Origin: Ginglymostoma cirratum | Taxonomy: Eukaryota | Length of the DNA: 64,000 bases | Assembly (NCBI GenBank): GCA_024137785.1 | Contig: JAHRHZ010000139.1 | Coordinates: 38,052,717-38,116,716, forward strand | Direction of reading: 5' to 3' | Shown here: positions 48,461-61,174 of the stretch, one piece after another | Position numbering within the stretch: the stretch's first letter is position 1 | Layout of the letters: each line of letters begins with the position of its first letter | The notes under the pieces: generated by a model | The model's input: only the letters and a program-made list of their open reading frames with translations | Database searches by the model: none | What the model was told of the DNA's origin: nothing | Position numbers and translations under genes: made by a program

Positions 48461-50379
48461 AGCTAATACTAATGGCTAATATTGTCACGTGGCCCTCCTT
48501 TCTCAAAGGTTACTCAGCACACTTCCTCTGTCGGATGTAGTCTCACTGATCACTATTGTAACTAACTCAGCCCAGTTCAATTGTATCTTAAGCCAATTCC
48601 TTCTCATGGTTGGAGACCTTGTTCCCTCCTCCCATTGTCACTGACAATTAATATGATGCTTCTTCATATTCTGCTGTAACACCTCACTTCACCTAACATT
48701 GGAAGACTCTTATTGGAATGCTTGTGAGATCCCCACTAGTTTGGGCAGTGGAGTTGTGACTTGGGGACTACTTATACTCTTGTTCAGAGACAACAGACAT
48801 GGTGCAGCTATATCAATGATTTAAAAGTAAATTGTGACTCGCCAATGCATTTTTATTGTGGAGCCTAGAAATTTCTTCTGGTTACTCTCTCTCATTTTCT
48901 GCAAGCTATGTTTCCTGTTGTTTGAGTACAGCTCATGATCTTCCTTCCTTCTCTATAAAATCCAATTATTTTAACATCTACCAAGTGTATTCAAGGATTT
49001 TCAGACTTGGAAACTAGGTTCAACCTCACAACATAGCTGTGACCTGAATTTTACCACAACCTGGAGTACAAATGTTTCCTGTGATATATAATGCCATCTG
49101 GATATGAAGGACTTTTCTCCCAGATGTAGAGCTTTGGCTGCGAATAGATGCATCCAAAATAGTTGGTGATTACCGTGATAATGATAGCATCTAAATTTCT
49201 GTGAACTGGGCTGATTTGACCTGGATCTCATTGAAATCTAAAGGACTCTTGCAATTTGCAATGATCTGTTTATGCTATTTCCGTAGCTGTGACCTCATCA
49301 CGGGTTTCCTTTACTCAAAAACTGAGCCGGAATTTTATTCTTTCAGTCTCATGAACCATGTCACTAAACAGTTTTTTTTAGAAGCTTTGGAAAAAGTGCA
49401 GAAAGTGTCACTATGTTCTTCAGTCCTTAATTTCTCAAATGAAATGCAAAAGTATTCCATTCTCCCTCTTATAAGAATCTTTCAGTACTATATATGTGAG
49501 AATGTTAGGACATGTTCATCTGCAGGAAGCCTTATCAAAACTTTATGTGCATCTCTCCAACAGGGAAGACTATATGAAAATGCTCAGATCCTGCAATATT
49601 ACATTAGCCTTCCCCAAATACGTTATCTCACCCCTATCCTTGACTTTGTAAGATAAACAATTGAATTCCGTTTCCACTTCAATTCCACTGATCTAATTAA
49701 TCAATTGGCATTTATTTGGAGTCTATTGTGTTCTTCATTATCATCTCCAGGGCCAATTTTTGCATCACCTGCAAATTTACTCATACCTCCTACATTCTAG
49801 TCCAAATCATTGATTTTATATACCACAAAGAAATAAGGCGTACTTTAAAACTTCACAAAAAAGCCTCCAGTTACAAAAACAAATCTATCAACCATTAATC
49901 ATCCTTTTTGCATTGTATGGTGATTATCTAGTTCTTAATTCATTTTGGCTTTAGACTAGAACGCTTTAACTTTAGCAATTAAAGCTTCTTAAATGTAGAT
50001 AAACAGGGACATTTTGTTGAGAAACTCATTGAATACAACAGATATTAATGCAGTTCGAACAGGCTTGAATTTAATTTCACTTAGTTTTTAAGTTTTTTTT
50101 ATCTTAAAGGTCAAAGAGAGAGGTAGAAACACTGAAAGATTGTCTGACATATCTTTTAAAATGTGGATAGAGCCATGATGTCCACAATTATTCTAGCGAA
50201 GGATCTTAACTTAGGAATGAAGTTTCAATGAAATGGGTGTTTCTTCACAGGGGCCCATAGAGTCAGAAGAAAGTGTCAAACTTTGAGTGCTACTTTCTGA
50301 TTCTGTAATGCATATGAATAACCAAGTAAAATAACTTGTTTGCCTTTCTGTTTGAGGATTAATGGCCTGATGCTTTTTA

Positions 50380-50780
50380 AAATCATGTGTGGGTCATGGG
50401 TGTCATTAGCTGGCCAGTATTTATTGCCCATCTCTAGCTGCCCTTGAGAAGGTGGTGGTGAGCTGCCTTCTGGAACCATTGCATTCCACCTGCGGTGGGT
50501 TGACCCACAATGCTATTAGGTAGGGAATTGCAGGATTTTAACTGAGCAGCAGTGAAGGAACAGTGATGTATTTCCAAGTCAGGATTGAGTGTGGCTTGGA
50601 GGGGAACTTGCAGGAGATGGTGTTCTTGTATATCTGCTGCCTTTGTTCTTCTAGATGGAAGTGGTCATTGGTTTAGAAGGTCCTATCTGAGGATCTTTGA
50701 ATTTCTACAATGCATCTTGTAGATAGTACACGCTGTTGCTAGGTGGTGGAGGGAGTGGATGCTTGTGGATGTAATATTAA
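50380..50780 (-). mobile_element. LINE 3' end (family of 21750)
   Basis: Close match to 21750-22072. Confidence 0.75.
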
Positions 50781-51329
50781 TCTAGTTATAATTAACAAAT
50801 ATGCTATGTTTTATGAAGGTAGATTGTTTTACTCGGTGAATTTTGGGAGGATTAATTAACTGCAGATTGGTCCTTGTGCAGTTTGCAGTTCACTGTTGGG
50901 AGAGCTAAAGGAGATAAATAGCAGTCAGGCCTATATTTAAGCAGAGGAAACACTAATGCTTTTTCTCACACACTGAAATGTGGATGAAATTCCATTTCGG
51001 TTTGAAAGTTATGGGGAAAGAAACTGGATGACTTGCTTATGTTGAAACTTGAATGAAATCTAGTGATCTTCACAAAGTCTTGTGGAAGAAATTATTCTGC
51101 AGAGTTAGCTTGGAACCTGGGAAGGCAACTAGAACAGCACTGAAGCATCATTAATCTTGAGGTATTATATAAAAGTCTTGAAGATGAGCTGAACCACTGA
51201 CTAGAATTAAAGCCAAAATTAAGTCTGGATGTTTCCTTGTTGAAAAGGGGTTAACATAGTTTACCCAATAGAATCAAGTATTTTGAGATTGTGGAGCAGC
51301 AAATGGAAGCTAGAGTACTTGGGGAAATA

Positions 51330-52890
51330 AACAATGAAATCTTAGTATTCATGTTACAGAGGAGGAGATGCTGGACTTCTTAAAACACAAAGGTGTATAA
51401 ATCCCTGGGAACTGATCAGGTGCATCCCAAAACTTTGAGAAGCTAGACAAGTTTACTGGGCCTCTCTCTTTCTGATAGCCATGGGTGAGGTGCCAGAAGA
51501 CTGGGGATTGGCTAATGTGGCATTATTTAAGAAAAGTGAACTATAGACTAGTGAGCCTGACATCAGTGATGGGTAAGTTTTTTTTTTATTGGAGGGGATT
51601 CTGAAGGACAGGATCTGCACGTATTTGGTGAAGCAAGGACTGATTAGGGATAATCAGCATAGCTGTGTGCATGGGGGATCTTGTCTCACTAGCTCGATTG
51701 AGTTTTTTTTTTGGAGAAGTGACAGAATATTGAAGGCAGAGTGGTCGATGTTGACTATATGGACTACATGGCATTCGACAAGGTTCTGCATGGTAGACTG
51801 GTTGGCAAGGTTAGATCACGTAGAACCTAATGAGAGCTAGCCAATTGGATACCCAGTTGGCTTGAAGGTAGGAGACAGGGTGATAGTGGAGGGTTGATTT
51901 TTCAGATGAGGCCCGTGACCAGTGATGTGCCATAAGGATCAATGCTGAGTCCACCGGTTTTTGTTTTTTAGGTAAATTATGTGAATATAGGAGGTATGGT
52001 TAGTAAGTTTGGAGAAGATGCCAAAATTGGTGTAGTGGACAATGACAGTTACCTTGGAGTACAAAGGGACCTTGATCAGATGGGTTGATGGGCTGAAGAA
52101 TGCAGGTGGAGTTTAATTTAGATAAATGTGAGGTTTTGCATTTTGGTAAGGCAGATCAGTGCAGGATTTAGACACTTAATGGTAAGGTCCTGGGTAGTGT
52201 TGCTGATTAGACACCTTGGGATGCAGGATTATAGTTCCTTGAAGGCGGAGTAGGCTAGTGAAGAAGGTGTTTGGTACACTTGTCTTTTGGTCAATGCATT
52301 GCGTATAGGAGTTGGGATGTCATGTTGCAACTGTATAGGACATTGGTTAGGCAACTTTTTGAAGACTCTGTGTTCAATTCTGATCACCCTGCTATTGCAA
52401 AGATGTTAAAATTGAAAGGGTGCAGAAAAGATTTGACTGTTGCCGGGGTTGGAGGGTTTGTGCTAGAGTGAGATGCTGAATAGGCAGGGGCTATTTTCCC
52501 TGGAGCATCAGAGACTGAGGGGTGACCTTTTATAGATGTTTCTAAAGTCATGAGGGGCACAAATAGGATGAAGTGCCAAGGTCTTTTCCCCTGGGTAGGG
52601 GAGCCTAAAATCAGAGGGCATAGTTTCAAGGCGAGAGGAGAAAGATTTTAAAGGAGCCTGAGTGGCAACCTTTTCATGCAGAGGGTGGTGCGTGTATGGA
52701 ATGAGCTGCCAGAGGAAGTTGTGGAGGCTGGTACAATTACAATATTTAAAAGGCACCTGGATGGGCACATGAATAGGAAGGGTTTAAAGGGATATGGGCC
52801 AAATGCTGGCAAAGGGGACTAGATTAATTTTAGGATATCTAGTTGGTGTGGATGAGTCGGACCAAAGGGTCTGTTTCCGTGCTATACAGC
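51330..52890 (+). mobile_element. CR1 RT and 3' end, decayed
   Basis: YRLVSLTSV, LIRDNQHS..GSCLT, YRSWDVMLQLYRTLVR; tail ggaccaaagggtctgtttccgtgctatac. Confidence 0.85.
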
Positions 52891-53589
52891 TCTCGCTCGA
52901 ACTTGCATTAAAAGTCCAGAGGCATAATAAGATTATTGTCATAATGTGCTGATTTTTGCCCTTCAGTTTAAGGTTTGATTCTGAGATTGTGTAATTTGGG
53001 ACTTCTTTAAGCGAGGTACAGCCTGACCACAACGATGTGTGTAAATTTATACTTTTAAAAGGTTGATAAAGGTGGATATGTTTTGTGTGGCTAGTTACCT
53101 CTGGAAGCATTGTGTCCCATGTCTTTATTAATTTATGGATTTGTACAATCTGGTTAAAAACCAGAACTGTGTGGAAGTTTGGCTGTAAATTGATGGACTA
53201 AAAAATTTGAAGCCAATTTGAGAACAGTGTAACTGGGATATGAGGTGTTACATTTTGCATTGTCTTGGCCTGGGCTTGTTTATTTGCTATTTGAGTGTCA
53301 TTCTGACCTAGATGCTAAACTTGTCATATATGTTGTTCAGCCTTGGCTTGGGCTTGCTGGTTTTGTTTGGTGTTGGTCTTGGCTTGTGTGCCTAAAGTCG
53401 TGGAATTGGAAACAATAGTTTAAAGATCTGTTTGTGTAAAATGGGGACTGTGCTTATCCAGTATGATGGACTGTGTGTGTGTGTGCACGTTGCTTAAACA
53501 TACAAGCTGCTCACCACATTGAAGTATAGGGGTCTAGGACTCCTGCCTGGTGTAGGTTTTTTTGTGCAGGTAGCAAACTTCTTGCCTGA

Positions 53590-54140
53590 AACGGAAAGAA
53601 AACAGAAGTTGCTGGACAAGCTCAGCAAGTCTGGTAACATCTATGGGGAAGAAAGCAGAGCCAATATTTTGAATCTAATCACTGTCTTCCTCAGAATAGC
53701 AAGTTTTCCTGAAGCCAAGGTTGGGGGGAGGAGCGAGAGTGAAAGTAAACGGGGTGATTATGGGTTGTAAGAGTGGAACTGGAGGAACACAGCAGGCCAG
53801 GCAGTATCAAAGGAGCAGGAAAGTTGATGTTTCGAGTCGGGACCCTTCTTCCTGGATTGTGCACCAATACACAAGTTGAATAAGTGATAAGAGGCTAAGA
53901 GTAGGAGAAGTTGGGTGGCGATACTGAATGCAACCCATTTAATGTGATAATGGGCCTGTGAGTATGGGAGAATAGGTGACTGTGTGCTAAAAGCAATCCT
54001 TGTCATAACAGGACTGGGCATGGGGATGGGAAAACCTGCAGAGATGGAATCAGGCTCTAAAGTTATTGAACTGTGTTGAGTCCTCGAGGCTGGAGGGTCC
54101 CCAAGTGGAAAAGCCTGATGCCTTTCTTTTTCTCTTAACA
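53590..54140 (-). mobile_element. Old PLE 3' fragment (family B) carrying a nested family A mini-copy at 53769-53852
   Basis: acagaagttgctggacaagctcagcaagtctgg...; the nested copy ends at gacccttcttc with flanking tgg(g/a)ttgt (53761-53768 and 53853-53860). Confidence 0.65.
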
Positions 54141-55714
54141 TCAAATTCCTTGAAATTGCCCTGATGTGACAGGGCCTAGAGCCAACTATTTTCAAGTTCA
54201 CCAAGGCTACATGTGTCCTAAGTAACTTCTCAATGTACAGTGGCTGAATGTGGAGCTGGAGAGAGCTGGAGTACTCTCGATTTGTGTTGCCACCAGCTAT
54301 GTGACCTCATACCACTTGCTTTCACTCTCAGCCACCCCACTCCATCCCCCTCCCAGGAGCTACCAGACAATAGATGCTTTGCCTGAGTTTTCCAAGGGCT
54401 TTGGTTGTGTTGCTGAGTACATTCCTGCGGAGTGGGCCTGCCTGTTCCAATGCTGTGGTTACTCCCCATGCCTCACTTTGGGGATGAATTTAAATAGGAA
54501 CAATCTGAGGCTGAATATGAATGGTCCTTTTGAGGATGCCCCTTTTCTCTCTCTCCTAATATTCTTGATCTTGAAATTCCTCCATGTTTTGCTGTCTCTG
54601 AAGCTATGGCAGAGGCATCCCTGCCCCCAAAAACGAAAACACGATGCTGTAATGAGTTTCCACAATTTCTGAAGAGACTTGTAAGTCACCATGTTTTTGA
54701 AGGGTTGGATGAAGCTTGTTTGGGGATTGTCACACTCCTGATTGTGCACTTGCCAAGAGCCCTCGTTGAGGGCAAATATTGCTGAACTTCATTGGAGTGT
54801 GCATGTTCTATACTGGCCAGGTAAAGTCAGGTATGGCCTCCTACAAAAAGACGTCTTAAGATGAGCTAACTATTTTTAAGAAAAAATACATGTGCTTTGC
54901 ATGTACCTTGTTTGGGGAAGGGTTAGTGTTGGGAGGAGTGTGGGCTTCTGGATTCCAGGGATAATGGGTAGGGAAGATGCCAAACGTGACCAAATTGGCA
55001 CATGAATTTTTCTGCCTTGTGCAAATAGTGACCTTTAGCTGAGGTTGGGTGGAGGGTTTCTGTTGCTGGGTACAACCAACGTACACACTCTGACACGATG
55101 TAGTTTATGGACTCTGAGTTCTCTTTGTGGGATGTAGATGCCACAGAGCAGGTGAATATTTATTGGCTTTTTTGAGAAGGTGGTGATCAGGCCTTAAATC
55201 ACTGCAGTCCACATGGTCTAGGTGGGGTTAGTAGCCAAAGCAAAATGAAACCTGATGATGTGGCATGTAAGTGCAGACTTTCCAAGAGAGTTCTATTTTG
55301 ATGACTATTGCAGCCTAGCTTTTAAGGGATTAATAGAAACCACTGAGCTGGAGGTTAACCTGGAGGCTTGCTATTTCAGTGCAGCATTTTGGAGCACATT
55401 ATTGTCTGAAAATACCTGCTGGAATGGTTGCATTACCATATGCTGGAGTGCTGAATCTTGGAATGGAGTATTGTGTGTCTGAAGTAATGTGGCTGCTTTG
55501 TCTAGAATGAAACATTGCCCAGGCCATGTTGTGTAATTTTTTTTCAGTCACAAGACAATCTACAGTTTTTTTTTTATATTTTTTTGGCAAAACAAAAATA
55601 GCTGGACTTACTAAAAATGATAAACTGCTGATTTTAAATCAAGGACAGGTACCCGAGATCCTCTCTGGATCGAAACCAGGACTGTTAGGTGGCTCTAGAC
55701 CTTCTAAACCAGGA

Positions 55715-55830
55715 AGACAAAAACAAAATGGTGTGGATGCTGGACATCTAAGGGGAGGGGGGGGAATGAAAAGTGCTGGAAATAGCCATCAGGTCACACT
55801 GGGAGCTATGGAGAAAAGAGCAGAGTTAGT
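55715..55830 (-). mobile_element. Very old mini PLE
   Basis: aaaacaaaatggtgtggatgctggacatct..aaagtgctggaaata..cagg..ggagaaaagagcagagtta. Confidence 0.5.
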
Positions 55831-56246
55831 CAGCTGGGTCTGTTGTCTGGGAAATAGGAGTGGGGCTATTTCCTGAGTTTGCAAACGTGAGCCCATCACC
55901 CCTACCTATTCCCAGCATGGGTTTGTCCTCTGGTGATGTGGGCAGGCAGCATTCGGGTTTTCAAACTCTAAAACCGCATTGAAGGAATGCAAGTGCCTGC
56001 CTTTGTTCACTGGGATACTGATCCAGCTCTTTAACATAATTCTTTTGCCCCCTGACCTTAATCCCTCACTCCCTCGCCCTCCCCATCTGTGCCTTTTTAT
56101 ATTGTCCATGCCTTTGCACCATTTCTGCTCCTTCGTACACATCATACCGCCTCAACGTCCTTCCTGTATCCTGCAGAGCTATTCACCCACTATCCATTAC
56201 AGACAGACATCAGGATTTTTTTAAGATGAAACTTAAAATCCCGTTA

Positions 56247-56571
56247 GGAGCGGTACAATGGTTAGCACTGCTGCCAGGGACCTGGGTTTGAATCCAGCCT
56301 TGGGCGACTGTCTGTATGGAGTTTGCACATTCTTTCAGTGTCTGCCTCCCACAGTCTAAAGATGAGCAGGGTAGGCAGATTGGCCATGCTAAATTGCCCT
56401 AGGTGTATCGGGATGTGCAGGCTAGGTGGATTAGCCATGGGAAAAGTACGGTTAGAGGGATAGGTTAGTGGGAGTTTGGGGTGGGCGTAAGTCTGGGTGG
56501 GATGCTGTTCAGTGGGGTGATGTGGACTTGATGGGTCGAATGGCCTGCTTCCTCACTGTAGGGATTCTATG
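56247..56571 (+). mobile_element. V-SINE (HE1-like)
   Basis: tggttagcactgctgccagggacctgggtttgaatcc..ggagtttgcacatt..ctgtagggattctatg. Confidence 0.82.
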
Positions 56572-57809
56572 AAGAGAAATGGCACTTGATATTGGGGGAG
56601 AAAACTCATTTAATAATCCACAAAATGTGCTCAATTTGTTACAAAAGCAAACACATCCACTTGGATTATCAAAGGCAGTTTTTAGAAAGAATTAAAGATC
56701 TACAAATTAATGGCAACAGTGGTTCTAAACCATTTGAAATTCAATCGAGCATTCCATAATAGCCCCAGCTATCAAACCAAATCCCAAGAAATGTAACCAT
56801 CAAAATAGCAATGGGTTAGAGTGAGACTGCAAAATAAACTTGCAATCAAAAATCCTAAATTTTGTTTGCTTTCCCAAACTCATTCTCACCTCCATGGGTG
56901 AGATTTAATCTCCTGAATGTACTAAGTCAATGACCTTTTGCTCGGTTTTTGTGTATAGTTGCAACTTGACCTGCTGTGTAGATAGGCAAGTATGTAGCCA
57001 TGGTTCTCACAGGACCATAGGCATCACTTGCTATTGGACAACAACAACGACAACTAGTTTTAATACACGAGCACCGCATTCCAGAAATTTAGGGCAAGCG
57101 AGGAGGCAATCCTTGAGTTTACCTCTGCCATAACAGAAATTGAGCCCACACTCTGCTCTGCTGTTATGAACCATATGCTAGCATCCAGCCAATGCAGCTA
57201 ACTGACCCCTTACTTACTGACTCTTTCCAGTAGTTTCTGTTTTCATCAAACCAGGAAGACAGTGGTTGAATACCACTTGAGAGCCAAATGTTTCTTTTGG
57301 CAACAATTAGCCACAGTCTCTGTGCAGAAAACATGTAAGTACGTGAAAAAGCTTTTGTTCTGGGTTAAAGGTAAACATTGAACTGCATCCCTGGACAAGT
57401 TGTCACCATTAGACCAGCAATTGTTCAGAAAGGAATTCAGAAAAGTAAAATCGAAACACACGCAAACACAGCACATGCTTGAACGTTCGTTGCAAGTGTA
57501 TATTTTGGCTGCAGCTCAGGACCTGAACCAGTACTTAACTTTTGCTCCCATCAACTATTGAGACATTTCCCTTCCAACCAGTCAGTATGCTGTTTTATTT
57601 CTTCCTTTTGTGTACTCTGCCCTCACTTACTTCAATTTCTTTCCCCCAACAATTTACGACACCATTACCTGTCTATTTCCCTGCCTTCATCACTGACTTG
57701 AACATCAGCCCTATCTGTCCCCAAATTCTTCACCATAGTGACCCTGTACTACTTATGGAACCATTATATTTAAAGGAATTTTCTTTGCTAAGGCTAAAAT
57801 TGATTGCCT

Positions 57810-58380
57810 GGCTTTAATTGCCCTTGGGAAAGTGTTGAAGCCCCTTTGCAAAGGGAAATGTTCCATTTGGTTTATGGCCACTTATAGCACTGTTTAGAGG
57901 AGGATTCTAACTTTTTGACCCAACAACATTGAAAGGATAGTTCCAGGTCAGGATGGTGTGTGGCTTTAGAGGGGAATCTGAAAGCTCTGCTGTCGCCCTC
58001 CTTCACGGAAGCAGAGATTGTAAGTTTGGTGCTGTCGACCGCTCTTGAGTAGTTTCTACATCTTGTAGATGATAAATGTTGCTGTCGATGGTGGAGGGAG
58101 TGAACTTTTTAAGGTGGTGGGTGATGTGCCAATCATAAATGCTTTTTTTTTCCCTGGATGGCATTAAGTTTCGTAAGTTTTGGAACTGCATCTATCAAAG
58201 CAAGTGGAAAGTATTCCATCACACTTCTGATTTTGTGCCTTGTATGTTTTGGACAGACTTTGGGGAGTTAGGAGATGAATTATTCAGCTGCAGACTTAAG
58301 TTTCTGACCTGCTCTTACAGCAGCAGTATGTATATTGCTGTTACAGTTCAGTTTTTCGGTCAATATTAACACTAGCATAC
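57810..58380 (-). mobile_element. Old LINE fragment (family of 21750)
   Basis: aattgcccttggg..ttttgacccaacaac..caggatggtgtgtggc. Confidence 0.6.
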
Positions 58381-59200
58381 AACTGGTATATGTTTAGAAT
58401 GTTTTAAGTGTTTTGTACAGAAAGCTAATCTCTTTTCAAAATGGACATAGATATTGCAAGATGACTTCCAGAAGTTGCATGGCTTCTCTGGTGGATTTAC
58501 TGCCATGAAGAAAGAAACAAGTTGCTGTGTTATCTACACCTAATTCACTGAGACATTTTAAATTTGATTAATCCTAGGAAAACCCAATGGTTTCTTTCAA
58601 AAGTGTGAGAATTCAAAGCCTCTTGGAAAGCAGGAGAGAGTAGAAGAACATCACAGGGAATTCCAGCATTAATCACTTTCCCACAAAGCCAGGGCAATAA
58701 TCAGATTAACAAAGTGGCCTTTCTCCTTTGGTTGTGAGAAGTTGTGCTGACACAACCCCCATTTTGTTTAAATTTAGTTAGACACCAGCAGAAAGAGGAG
58801 TTCTCTACAGGGGGATGGAGAGAGGCAAAATAGACACGGACTCCTGTATGGACCCAGACCAACAAAGGTCCTAAGCTGTCGTATTTAATGATAGAGTTCA
58901 GCTGCCAACCCTTCACCTTAAACTGAAATCTTCAAATCTGCAATGATAACCAACTGATCTTTCTTAACTTCTAAGTAACTTTGTCCTTATTTCCTTTTTA
59001 ATCTTAGGATTTTAGCTGACAACGATATTCACTGTTATTACTTCCAATAGTTGTGTAATAAACTAACATCTTTATTTGCTTTGTTTGTGACTAAAGCTTC
59101 TTTGCTGGCTGTCTTTAATTTGGAGCACTGAAGCTTTTCAAAAACAAAAGGGGTGAAATGAACATTAGAAATTGATGATTCATGGGCCATTGTTTGGATA

Positions 59201-61170
59201 GAGATAATAGGAACTGCAGGTGCTGGAGAATCCGAGATAACAAGGTGTGGAGCTGGATGAACACAGCAGGCCAAGCAGCAGCATAGGAGCAGGAAAGCTT
59301 GACGTTTCGGGCCTAGACCCTTCATCAGAAATGGGGGAGGGGAAGAGGGTTCTGAAAAAAATAGGGAGAGGGGGAGGCGGATAGAAGATGGATAGAGGAG
59401 AGGATAGGTGGAGAGGAGACAGACAAGTCAAAGAGGCGGGGATGGAGCCAGTAAAGGTGAGTGTAGGTAGGGAGGAGATAGGTCAGTCCAGGGAGGACGG
59501 ACAGGTCAAGGGGGCAGGATGAGGTTAGTAGGTGGGAGATGGGGGTGTGGCTTGAGGTGGGAGGAGGGGATAGGTGAGAGGAAGAACAGGTTAGGGAGGC
59601 AGGGACGAGCTGGGCTGGTTTTGGGATGCGGTTGGGGGAGGGGAGATTTTGAAGCTTGTGAAATCCACATTGATACCATTAGGCTGCAGGGTTCCCTGCT
59701 GTTCCTGCAGCAGGGCATCATTGTGGCACTGCAGGAGGCCCAGGCTGGACATGTCGTCTGAGGAATGGGAGGGGAAGTTCAAGTGGCTTGCGACTGGGAG
59801 GTGCAGTTGTTTGTTGCGAACTGAGAGCAGGCATTCTGCAAAGCGGTCCCCAAGCCTCCACTTGGTTTCCCCGATGTAGAGGAGGCCACAACGGATGCAG
59901 TATACCACATTGGCAGATGAGCAAGTGAACATCTGCTTGATGTGGAAAGTATTCTTGGAGCCTGGGATTGGGGTGATGGAGGAAGTGTGGGGGCAGGTGT
60001 AGCACTTCCTGCAGTTGCAGGGAAAAGTGCCGGGTGTGGTGGGGCTGGAGGGGAGTGTGGAGCGGACAAGGGAGTAACAGAGAGAGTGGTCCCTCCAGAA
60101 AGCAGACAAGGGTGGGGAGGGAAAAATGTCTTTGGTGGTGGGGTCTGATTGCAGATGGCGGAAGTGTCGGAGGATGATGCGTTGGATCTGGAGGTTGGTG
60201 GGGTGGTATGTGAGGACGAGGGGGATTCTTTTTTGGTTGTTATTGCGGGGGCGGGGTGTGAGGGATGAGTCGCAGGAAATGCGGGAGACACGGTCGAGGG
60301 CGTTCTCGACCACTGTCGGAGGAGGGGGATGTTGTGGTCCTTGAAGAATGAGGACATCTGAGATGTCCGGGAGTGGAATGCCTCATCCTGGGAGCAGATG
60401 GGGCGGAGGCGAAGGAATTGGGAATAGGGGATGGCATTTTTGCAGGAAGGTGGGTGGGAGGAGGTGTATTCTCGGTAGCTGTGGGAGTCGGTGGGCTTGA
60501 AATAGATATCGGTTTCTAGATGGTTACCCGAGATGGAGACAAGTCCAGGAAGGTGAGAGAGGTGTTAGAGATGGTCCAGGTGAACTTCAGGTTGGGGTGG
60601 AAGGTGTTGGTGAAGTGGATGAACTGTTTGAGCTCCTGGTGGGAGCACGAGGCAGTGCCGATACAGTCATCAATGTAACGGAGAAAGAGGTGGGGTTTAG
60701 GGCCAGTGTAGGTACGGAAGAGGGATTGCTCCACGTAACCTAAAAAGAGGCAGGCATAGCTTGAGCCCATGCGGGTACTGTAGGAAGTGGGAGGAATTGA
60801 AAGAGAAGTTGTTGAGGGTGAGGACAAGTTTGGCTAAGCGGATGAGGGTGTCGGTGGAGGGGGACTGGTCAGGTCTGTGGGACAGGAAGAAGCAGAGGGC
60901 CTTTAGGCCATCTGCAAGGGGAATGCAAGTGTATAGGGACTGGACGTCCATAGTAAAATTGAGGTGTTGGGGACCGGGGAATTGGAAGTTCTGGAGGAGG
61001 TGGAGGGCGTGGGTGGTGTCATAGACATATGTAGGGAGTTCCTGGACCAAGGGGGAGAAAATGGAGTTGAGGTAGGTGGAGATGAGTTCGGTGGGGCGGA
61101 GACAATGGGTCGACCAGGGCATTCAGCTTTGTGGATTTTGGGAAGGCAATAGAAGCGGGTGGTGCGGGGA
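59201..61170 (-). mobile_element. Penelope-like element (Neptune-type), 5'-truncated and frameshifted
   Basis: [29 protein letters not shown], linker PCNCRKCYTCPH, GIY-YIG-like NVVYCIRC..YIGETKWRLGDRF; complete 3' end (..ttatctc-tail-ttatctc). Confidence 0.93.
59298..59331 (-). ncRNA. Intact minimal hammerhead ribozyme motif in the PLE 3' terminal repeat
   Basis: Minus strand tttCTGATGAaGGGTctagGCCCGAAACGTCaag. Confidence 0.75.
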
Positions 61171-61174
61171 TTTT

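Noticed and set aside
49201-49656. 151-aa ORF
   Set aside because: Non-ATG start, no domain, and overlaps what looks like a decayed minus-strand CR1.
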